From positions 1 through 64,000 of IMG/VR virus record IMGVR_UViG_3300037104_000592: DNA of 64,000 nucleotides, one strand, 5' to 3'. Below the pieces are notes generated by a model. The model had not been told where the DNA came from and ran no database searches. It saw only the letters and a list, made by a program, of their open reading frames with translations. Shown here in pieces: positions 48,369 through 55,926 of this stretch. Origin of the DNA: a virus. A program made the position numbers and the translations under genes. Positions within the stretch are counted from its first letter, which is position 1, and every line of letters starts with the position of its first letter.

Positions 48369-50992
48369 TGGCCGAGCAAATATCACCTATATTTATTGAT
48401 GAAAATACAATTAAAGAAATATTTATAAATAGAGATTATACAAGACTCATAAGATCTTCTTATGATTCTAAAGCTAGAGATGTAAAATTGGATGAAACTA
48501 AACCAAAACTTGTAACATCTAAGATGAGAACAATAGATTTTTTTAATAAATTAAATAGTACAGATAGTAAACTAACAATTCTTCCTAGAAATTGTAGATT
48601 TACTAATAAAATAACTGATAGAACAATATACGTAATTGAAGATCCTCCTATGTTAAGAACAGTTAAATTTAATATAGGATTAGAATCTGAAATTGAAAAT
48701 TTAAGGAATAATGGTTTACTTACAAAGTTTGGATATGAAAATTTTCTAAATGATAATCCAAGTCCACCTTATAAAATACAACTTTCATTCCCGTATGTTA
48801 TTTATATTATAACTTTTGGGCAACATAATGAATTTTCAAATATGAAGTTATTTTATAGATTGCATCCTTTAACTGGAATAAAAGATTATTTACTCACAAG
48901 TAATTTATTGAATGTAGATTCTAACGGTTCTGTATGTTTAGGTCCACAAAATTCAAAAGATGTTACAGAAGTAAGTGATAAAGTAGATAATATTATAAAT
49001 TCTTTTTGGGGAAATGAGTTTAATAATGATATTACACATTCATATTTATCATATTCTAATCAAAGAGAAATTTCTACAATTCTAGCGTGGAAATATTATT
49101 CGAAAGTTGATCCAATGTTTATATTTGATGTGGAGTGGATAAAAAATACATATAATTTAGACTCATTTTTAAATTTTAAAAATTCTGGTGATGATATAAG
49201 AAGTTGTGAAAATATAATGTATAAACTTGAAGAGTATATTTTATATGATAAAGAAGATGAAGGACAAAAAGTTGTTGATAGAAGATATACTTATACCAGT
49301 CTTCCATTATTTGAAGATGAACAAAAGGGTTCTGACTATCTTGTAATTGGAGATGAAATTATATTTGAAGGGAAAAAATATTTTATATATGAAATAGTTC
49401 ATGAATCAGATGGAAAAATTATTGTTTCATTGGAAGACGAGAATGGAAAGTTAATTTATAAAAAATATAATACAGATTTTAGAGACAAAATAAGAAAAGA
49501 AACTTTGAAAAATAAAGAGCTTACAGAAATTAAAATTGATGGTCTTACTGTAAAAAAAGGAACCGTTTTAGAAGCATTTGATGGTTATAAAAAGAGATTA
49601 AAACATGTACAAAAAATAAGAAAGACCAGAGATGGAAAAATAGAAATACAATGTGAAAAAAGTTTCTACATGATTGAAGATGGGAGTTTAGCTGGAGTAA
49701 AAGTTTTTGATATTAATAATTTAACTATTTCTAATGGTTTAAAAATTGTTAATGGAAATAAGTACATGATTTTTAATAATATAACTAATCCTATATTTGA
49801 TATTCAAACTGGAATTTTTACAGATTTAAAAGTAACTAACGACACTGTCTACTATAATTTTAAATATGTCAGACCTGCTGATAAAAAAGAATCTACAATT
49901 AATTATAGTGGAGATACTCAAACAACTGAAGTTTTTGATTATGATGAAAAACTTTTAAATAATTCCATGTTTCCTTTCTTTAGACTTGGAAAAATGATCA
50001 TATCAAATATTGATAAAGATTATAAATTTCATATAATTAAAGGAAAAGGTATTGGGGTTACATCTTCTTCGGGTAATGTAATTGATAGATATGATTTTGG
50101 GAGATATTTAAATTCTGATAAAGATATAAAGGAGAAAATTTTAAAAGATAATAAATTAAGAATTCCATCATTTGATTTGGATATAGAATTTGATATTGGT
50201 GATAGAGTAGTTATAGCTGATTATTCTAAATCTTTAAAATATATTACTACAATAAGAACTATAACTGGATTTAAAATTGCAGGGGATAATCTTTTTGTAG
50301 ATACTGTAGATGAAAATAATATACCAGAAAGTACTCCTTATATAAATTTTAAAATTTATGATAAAAGTTATATTTATTCAAAATCTCCTAAAGTTAATAT
50401 TGGGTTAATTAGAAAAATAATAGATAATGATTTATTCAAAAGAGGAACTAAAGTAAGACCTAAGGTAAAAGGAATTTCATCATTTAAGAAAAAAGATGTT
50501 CATGAAATAGTTGGACTAATTACAGATACTGGGTCTAAACCTATTATTCTATGTTCAAATGGTCATACAATTTGGTGTGATGAAAAATCACTTGAAAATT
50601 TTGAACTTATAGATAAGAAATCTAAATTATATAATAAATCAAAATTAACAGAAATATTAGAAAATGAAAAAATATATTGTAAATTTCAATCTGGAGATTT
50701 AGCTGATATTAAAGATGTATATGATAGAACTTCATATGAAGATTCAATTCATCTTTGCGGTATAGGAGCAAATAATAGAATAATATTTAAAATTTTAAAT
50801 TCTTTAAATGTATATGGTTCATATAATAGATCTGGAAGAAGAATTATAAGTCAACAATATCAAACTATTCCTATGCCAAGATATTTACCAACAACTGAAT
50901 TAATAAGAGGGATTGGAGTTATTCCTAATTATCATGGTTGGTTTACTATTTCAAATAATTCGCTGTTTAAAATACAATTGGAGAAAATATAA
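48368..50992 (+). CDS. Prokaryotic E2 (family D / PRTRC-B-like) with ~600-aa beta-rich C-terminal extension
   Basis: LSFPYVIY..LFYRLHPL..LLNVDSNGSVCLG..FWGNEFN; adjacent to JAB, E1 and Ubl genes. Confidence 0.75.
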   Translation: MAEQISPIFIDENTIKEIFINRDYTRLIRSSYDSKARDVKLDETKPKLVTSKMRTIDFFNKLNSTDSKLTILPRNCRFTNKITDRTIYVIEDPPMLRTVKFNIGLESEIENLRNNGLLTKFGYENFLNDNPSPPYKIQLSFPYVIYIITFGQHNEFSNMKLFYRLHPLTGIKDYLLTSNLLNVDSNGSVCLGPQNSKDVTEVSDKVDNIINSFWGNEFNNDITHSYLSYSNQREISTILAWKYYSKVDPMFIFDVEWIKNTYNLDSFLNFKNSGDDIRSCENIMYKLEEYILYDKEDEGQKVVDRRYTYTSLPLFEDEQKGSDYLVIGDEIIFEGKKYFIYEIVHESDGKIIVSLEDENGKLIYKKYNTDFRDKIRKETLKNKELTEIKIDGLTVKKGTVLEAFDGYKKRLKHVQKIRKTRDGKIEIQCEKSFYMIEDGSLAGVKVFDINNLTISNGLKIVNGNKYMIFNNITNPIFDIQTGIFTDLKVTNDTVYYNFKYVRPADKKESTINYSGDTQTTEVFDYDEKLLNNSMFPFFRLGKMIISNIDKDYKFHIIKGKGIGVTSSSGNVIDRYDFGRYLNSDKDIKEKILKDNKLRIPSFDLDIEFDIGDRVVIADYSKSLKYITTIRTITGFKIAGDNLFVDTVDENNIPESTPYINFKIYDKSYIYSKSPKVNIGLIRKIIDNDLFKRGTKVRPKVKGISSFKKKDVHEIVGLITDTGSKPIILCSNGHTIWCDEKSLENFELIDKKSKLYNKSKLTEILENEKIYCKFQSGDLADIKDVYDRTSYEDSIHLCGIGANNRIIFKILNSLNVYGSYNRSGRRIISQQYQTIPMPRYLPTTELIRGIGVIPNYHGWFTISNNSLFKIQLEKI

Positions 50993-52020
50993 TGTTTAAA
51001 ATAGTTTGTTTAGATGGAACACAAAAAATACCAGAAGATGATATTTGTTATATTATAGCTAAGGGTGGGGTATATCTTAAGAAAAAAGTTGGAATGATTG
51101 AATCTTTAGCTCCAGTAAAGAATATTTCAATTTTAGAAGATGTTCAACCATATGCTAAAATGAATATTCCAAAAATCTCTGGTGAAGATTTTGGAAAAGT
51201 TATGAGTTTTTTCAAAAAAGTTTATGAAGAACATAAATCTGAAGCAATAGTTCTTTTATATTATAATCCAAAAAAAGCAACTTATAAATTTTATGTTCCA
51301 CATCAAAAAGTAAGTGGTGCTGGAGTTGATTATGTAAAAGGAGTTTCTATAGCAAATCATATTCAAGTAGGAACTATTCATAGTCATGCTAATTTTTCAG
51401 CATTTCATTCTGGAACAGATGATAGTGATGAAGAACATTTTGATGGAATTCATATAACAATTGGTGATAACACCGATGCTTTTCCATCTATCACTGCATC
51501 AATTGTTATAAATGGAACCAGATTTACAATAAATCCTATTGATTATGTAACAAAAATGGAAATTGTAGAATATACTAATTATTTTCCTCATATGTTCAGA
51601 CCATCTTTCACAGAAATAAATGGAGTCAGAGAATATAAATCTAATGTAAAAACTCAACTTGGATATCAGCTAATGATTTCAGACCAAGATAAAAAATTTA
51701 ATGAAGCATGGTTAAAAATGATTGAGAATGTTAGACCTACTATAACTAATATCCCATTTTATACACAAGAACACTATTTGGATTTATTTGATCCTAATAG
51801 AAAAGATAAGCAAGACAGATCTTATAGATACACATGGACTCCAGGTTCTACTAAAAAGAATAATCGTCCTGCTTATAATCCTTGTGAAAGTTGTGTTTTT
51901 AAAAAATATAAATCAGACGATGAAAGAAAATCAATAACACAAGAGGACATACAACAAAGTTTCTCTGATATTTGGGATGATTATAATGTGTATGATGATC
52001 CTTGGGGAAATTTAATATGA
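50992..52020 (+). CDS. JAB/MPN+ metallo-isopeptidase (deubiquitinase-like)
   Basis: Upstream SEA Glu; GTIHSHANFSAFHSGTDDSDE (HxH-x7-S-x2-D). Confidence 0.9.
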   Translation: MFKIVCLDGTQKIPEDDICYIIAKGGVYLKKKVGMIESLAPVKNISILEDVQPYAKMNIPKISGEDFGKVMSFFKKVYEEHKSEAIVLLYYNPKKATYKFYVPHQKVSGAGVDYVKGVSIANHIQVGTIHSHANFSAFHSGTDDSDEEHFDGIHITIGDNTDAFPSITASIVINGTRFTINPIDYVTKMEIVEYTNYFPHMFRPSFTEINGVREYKSNVKTQLGYQLMISDQDKKFNEAWLKMIENVRPTITNIPFYTQEHYLDLFDPNRKDKQDRSYRYTWTPGSTKKNNRPAYNPCESCVFKKYKSDDERKSITQEDIQQSFSDIWDDYNVYDDPWGNLI

Positions 52021-52721
52021 GATTTAATGATATTTCTATAGTGGGTTTGGGTGGAATAGGCTCAATTTTAAGTAATACTATTTCAAGATTTATAAGTAAC
52101 GATGCTAGAGAAAATGATCCAAGACAAATTATAAATTTAATTGATGGAGATTATTATGAAGAAAAAAACTTAGTTAGACAAGAATTTTTAAGATTTGGAA
52201 ATAAAGCAGAATCTAAATTAAATGAATTAAGACCAAAATTTAATAATATTGAATTTAAAGATTATCCATATTTTATAGATGATATAACTATTTCTAGAAT
52301 AATTAAAGATAAAGATTTAGTATTTTTAGCAGTTGATAATCATAAAACAAGAAAATTAGTAAGTGATTATGCAAAAAAACTAAATGATATAATTATAATT
52401 TCAGGAGGAAATGAGCTAGAAGATGGTAATGTTCAATTGTATATTAGAAAAGATGGAGAAGATGTTACTCCATCTTTAACTGATTATCATCCAGAAATCA
52501 GAAACCCAATTGATAAATTACCAAATGAAATGAGCTGCGAAGAGTTACAAAACTCTGAACCACAACTATATTTTACAAATTTAGGAGTGGCAACTTTTAT
52601 GGCTTTTGCATTTTACAATGTCCTAAAAGGCTCAAATAATTTTTCAGAAGTATATTTTGATATGAACACAATGAAAGCTGATTCAAAAACAAGAAACTTA
52701 AAAAAAGAAAAAGGAGAGTAA
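52017..52721 (+). CDS. ThiF/E1-like activating enzyme
   Basis: IVGLGGIGS, LIDGD, KNLVRQ, NKA, AVDNHKTR, SGGN, candidate catalytic Cys in MSCEE. Confidence 0.9.
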   Translation: MRFNDISIVGLGGIGSILSNTISRFISNDARENDPRQIINLIDGDYYEEKNLVRQEFLRFGNKAESKLNELRPKFNNIEFKDYPYFIDDITISRIIKDKDLVFLAVDNHKTRKLVSDYAKKLNDIIIISGGNELEDGNVQLYIRKDGEDVTPSLTDYHPEIRNPIDKLPNEMSCEELQNSEPQLYFTNLGVATFMAFAFYNVLKGSNNFSEVYFDMNTMKADSKTRNLKKEKGE

Positions 52722-52730
52722 GGATTTATT

Positions 52731-53204
52731 ATGGCTAAAAAAGTATATTCGGCAGAGGAACTTTATAACAAAACAGTATCAGAACTTCGTGAAATGTGTG
52801 TTAAGTTTGGGATTACGGGTATGAGTAAAAGGAGAAAAGATGAGATTGTAGATGCTCTTTGTGATTATTATGAAGATACAGCACCTGAACCCCAAGTTAA
52901 AACACCAGTTTCTTCTTCATCTATCGTTTCTATGAATGCTCAACTTTCGAGTTATAGAAACCCCGATTCAAAAAATGATGACGATAAATACATCACCAAT
53001 ATTTTTGTGTCTTGCGGCGCAGCTTCTGGAAACTTCCCAGTTGTTGGAAAGAAAGTTGGAGCAGTTGCTGAATTCCTAAGAGAAGTTCTTAATATCGACC
53101 GTTTAAGTGTTGGAGTTGTGAATGGTGAAGAAGTTGAAGATAGTTATCTTCTTGCATCTGGAGATTCTCTTGAATTTCTAAAAGCAGGTGGTCGTAAAGG
53201 TTAA
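52731..53204 (+). CDS. Ubiquitin-like protein with N-terminal Rho-N-like (helix-extension-helix) domain
   Basis: N-terminal KTVSELREMCVKFGITGMSKRRKDEIVDAL; C-terminal beta-grasp VNGEEV..SYLL.SGDSLEFLKAGGRKG ending in Gly. Confidence 0.85.
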   Translation: MAKKVYSAEELYNKTVSELREMCVKFGITGMSKRRKDEIVDALCDYYEDTAPEPQVKTPVSSSSIVSMNAQLSSYRNPDSKNDDDKYITNIFVSCGAASGNFPVVGKKVGAVAEFLREVLNIDRLSVGVVNGEEVEDSYLLASGDSLEFLKAGGRKG

Positions 53205-53249
53205 TTTGTATTATTAAAAATATTATATTATAAAGAATCGGAGTTACTT

Positions 53250-53768
53250 ATGAAAGAAACACTAGATAAGCTTACAGATGAAGGTGTAAAGCAACTAAAA
53301 TATTATTATAAGAAAACAAGGCTCTTTGGAAATATTTGCACTGTTTGTTTACTTATTGGAGAAAATAATGAACTTATTTCAAGAGGAGTTTCTATTTGTT
53401 CATTATTAGATTCTCATAAAAAATCAACAGGAAAAAATATTGCTTTAGGAAGAGCAATAAAAGCTCTAAAAAATAAGAAAACAACAGATGAAATAAATCC
53501 AAATAGAGATTCTTTAACACATTGGATGTATACTAAAAATATAAATAAAAAAGATCCTTATTTTAGCGATATGTTTGAAGAAATTAAATATAATTGCTTT
53601 TCTACAAAACCTTTAAAAATTAATAAAGAAGAAGTTTTAAAAGTTGAAATACCAATGGATTTTCCATTGTATGCAACTGTATCATTATTTACACATAAAT
53701 CTTCATTTAAACCAACTCCTACGGATGAAGAAGTTAAAATAATTGAAAAAAGAAAAAAGTTAGATTAA
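53250..53768 (+). CDS. Conserved phage hypothetical protein
   Basis: SRGVSICS..D...K.TGKNIALGRA motif. Confidence 0.6.
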   Translation: MKETLDKLTDEGVKQLKYYYKKTRLFGNICTVCLLIGENNELISRGVSICSLLDSHKKSTGKNIALGRAIKALKNKKTTDEINPNRDSLTHWMYTKNINKKDPYFSDMFEEIKYNCFSTKPLKINKEEVLKVEIPMDFPLYATVSLFTHKSSFKPTPTDEEVKIIEKRKKLD

Positions 53769-53777
53769 ATTTTTAGA

Positions 53778-53945
53778 AAAATTGGGGTGGATAATCATAC
53801 TGAATAAGTGGTTTTGAAACCTGGTACTAAGAAAGAGTGCGAACTCTGGGGCAGGAACCCAGATAGAAGCTTTAGATGGCTCGATAGCTGACTGATAGAT
53901 ATTGCACCCAAAGTGCCTTATCCAGTATTATTCCACCCCAATTTT
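53778..53945 (+). ncRNA. Putative structured non-coding RNA (~170 nt, multibranched)
   Basis: GC-enriched intergenic island. Long closing stem (AAAATTGGGGTGGA..ATACTG.ATAAG with CTTAT.CAGTAT..TCCACCCCAATTTT) and internal hairpins including GAGT-GCGA-ACTC. Confidence 0.65.
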
Positions 53946-53957
53946 AGGAGATTAAAA

Positions 53958-54200
53958 ATGGGTAGTTATAATCAAGATAAAGATGTTTTAATAAAAATGT
54001 TTGAAATGATTACAGATGAAAAGGGTTCTTCTCTAATGTTGTCTATTTTTTCATACGACAATGGACCGAAAAAATTAGCAATGACAAGATCATATAATAA
54101 AAAAGATGGATCTGTTGGATATTCTTCAGCAGGTAGATTAAGTCTTATGGAAGTTAATTTTCTAAAAGATAAATTAGATGAAATAATTAAAGAGATGTAA
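53958..54200 (+). CDS. PC4/YdbC-like ssDNA-binding protein
   Basis: LSIFSYDNGPKKL..TR..KKDG...GRLSLMEV; AGGAG RBS before ATG 53958. Confidence 0.6.
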   Translation: MGSYNQDKDVLIKMFEMITDEKGSSLMLSIFSYDNGPKKLAMTRSYNKKDGSVGYSSAGRLSLMEVNFLKDKLDEIIKEM

Positions 54201-54227
54201 CCCTCCCGATAACTATTTTTGATTTAA

Positions 54228-54240
54228 AGAACAAATAAAA
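54228..54240 (+). promoter_or_regulatory. Putative late-promoter motif AGAACAAA
   Basis: Lies in the gap before the GGAGG RBS of the second E1. Confidence 0.45.
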
Positions 54241-54256
54241 GTCGTGGAGGAATAGA

Positions 54257-55132
54257 GTGTATAAAGATATAGCGATTATAGGTTTAGGAAGTATAGGAGG
54301 TTTTTTATCGAGCAATATCATAAACATAGACACAATAAAATCTTTGGTTTTAGTTGATTATGATAGAGTAGAACTGGAAAATTTGAAAAATTCAATTTAT
54401 AAAAAATCAGATGTTGGGAAATTTAAAGTTGAATGTGTATCTTCCGTTATAAAATTGTTCAATAGTGAAATAAATATTACAGCAATAAAAGATAGATATA
54501 TAGAGGGAAAAACAAAAATTCCAAAATGCGATTTAGTTATTGATTGTAGAGATTTTGTTTATGATAGAGGTTCAGAAATAAATATGAGATTATATATCTC
54601 TTCTAGACATTTAATAATTGATTGTAGAAAAGATATAAAATATCAATTACACTATGAAGGAAAATATATAGATACATTAACAAAATCTGATATTTATTCT
54701 GCTACAGCTAATTTGTCAAGATTGATATTTAATGAAGAATTAAATGATATAATTAAAAACAATTTAGTTCATACAATAGATATGGATGAATGCTTAAAAT
54801 CAAGTGAAGAAACTTTAAATAACTATAATAATAAAATGGAAGTTGTTATGGATTATCATAAAAAGAATGATTGTTTCATAAATTTTCTTGAAAATGCAGA
54901 AAATATAATAAATTTCAATAAAAAAAGTGAAGTGAAAATTTGTCTAAACGATAAAAGATTTCCATTATCTACTAAAATAATACCAAAAAATTATATTCAA
55001 AATGTAAATGACTTAAGTAAAAATTTTTTATCAATAATACCAGCTAAAAATCATAGTAGTTATATAGTTAAATCAATTATAGAAAAAAATATTTGTTATG
55101 TAATTTTAATACCAGAAACAGGGGCTGCTTAA
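54257..55132 (+). CDS. Second, divergent ThiF/E1-like protein
   Basis: IAIIGLGSIGG, LVDYDRVELENL, DVGKFKV, DLVIDCRD; GTG start with GGAGG RBS. Confidence 0.8.
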   Translation: MYKDIAIIGLGSIGGFLSSNIINIDTIKSLVLVDYDRVELENLKNSIYKKSDVGKFKVECVSSVIKLFNSEINITAIKDRYIEGKTKIPKCDLVIDCRDFVYDRGSEINMRLYISSRHLIIDCRKDIKYQLHYEGKYIDTLTKSDIYSATANLSRLIFNEELNDIIKNNLVHTIDMDECLKSSEETLNNYNNKMEVVMDYHKKNDCFINFLENAENIINFNKKSEVKICLNDKRFPLSTKIIPKNYIQNVNDLSKNFLSIIPAKNHSSYIVKSIIEKNICYVILIPETGAA

Positions 55133-55134
55133 AA

Positions 55135-55476
55135 ATGAGCATAAAAACTATTACTATTGAGAAAAAAATAACACCAAGAATTGCTATTTATAAACGAGAT
55201 GCCTTTGATATTTTAGAGGTTGATCCAGAATTCATGATAAATAAATATGAGATAACTTTAAAAGAATCAAAAGTAGTTTCTTTAAAATTATTTGCTTTAC
55301 ATCCAAATTGTAATCCAGATACTGGAGAATTTTGTTTAGGTCCTGACATAATTGAAAATCAAGCAAATGAATATCTTTTAGAAAAAGTTATTCCTTATAC
55401 ACTATCAGTATATAATTTAGATAGTTGTTATTTCAGGCCAAAAAATGGAAAAGTAAAATATGGAATAATGAAATGA
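55135..55476 (+). CDS. Minimal UBC/E2-like protein
   Basis: LHPNCNPDTGEFCLG (HPN-x8-C); immediately downstream of the E1-like gene. Confidence 0.65.
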   Translation: MSIKTITIEKKITPRIAIYKRDAFDILEVDPEFMINKYEITLKESKVVSLKLFALHPNCNPDTGEFCLGPDIIENQANEYLLEKVIPYTLSVYNLDSCYFRPKNGKVKYGIMK

Positions 55477-55495
55477 TTAGAGAGGTGGTGATTAT

Positions 55496-55711
55496 TTGAA
55501 AAATGCAACCAGATATAAAGAGAAAGTTATTAATGTTGTATCTGATATTATTGATGAATTAGAACCAATTATAAAAAAAGCAGGGAATAGTTTTATACAC
55601 TTTGCTAAAGAGTTATCAGAGGAAAAATTAGAAGAATTATTGAATAAAGGAAAAAATAAAGTAAAAAGCAAATTAAAAAAAGGAGAAAACAATGCCTCCA
55701 AAAAAGAATAA
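55496..55711 (+). CDS. Small helical protein
   Basis: GAGGTG RBS, TTG start. Confidence 0.5.
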   Translation: MKNATRYKEKVINVVSDIIDELEPIIKKAGNSFIHFAKELSEEKLEELLNKGKNKVKSKLKKGENNASKKE

Positions 55712-55919
55712 GGATAAAGAGCAAAATTTCTTCAATGAATATTTTGAAAAAGAGATGACTAAGTTTGTAGACTCAAGAATAAAAGAAAACATTGAGAAAG
55801 ATTCAAGTGAGATAGTTAGTACTTTATTTCCTTATATAGATAAAGTTATAAGTGATAAAATTAAAGAGCATATACAATTTTTAGGAGAGACTTTAATAAA
55901 AACATTCAAACAGGAGTAA
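55692..55919 (+). CDS. Small helical protein
   Basis: AAGGAG RBS. Confidence 0.55.
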   Translation: MPPKKNKDKEQNFFNEYFEKEMTKFVDSRIKENIEKDSSEIVSTLFPYIDKVISDKIKEHIQFLGETLIKTFKQE

Positions 55920-55926
55920 AAACTAA

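Noticed and set aside
53778-53945. tRNA, tmRNA or 6S assignment of the structured RNA (GGGG...CCACCCCA ends)
   Set aside because: No T-loop (GTTC) or anticodon arm, too short for tmRNA, and multibranched rather than a 6S-like rod; kept as an unassigned ncRNA.
53913-53957. N-terminal extension of the PC4-like ORF given in the track
   Set aside because: It lies within the RNA stem; the AGGAG RBS supports ATG 53958 as the start.
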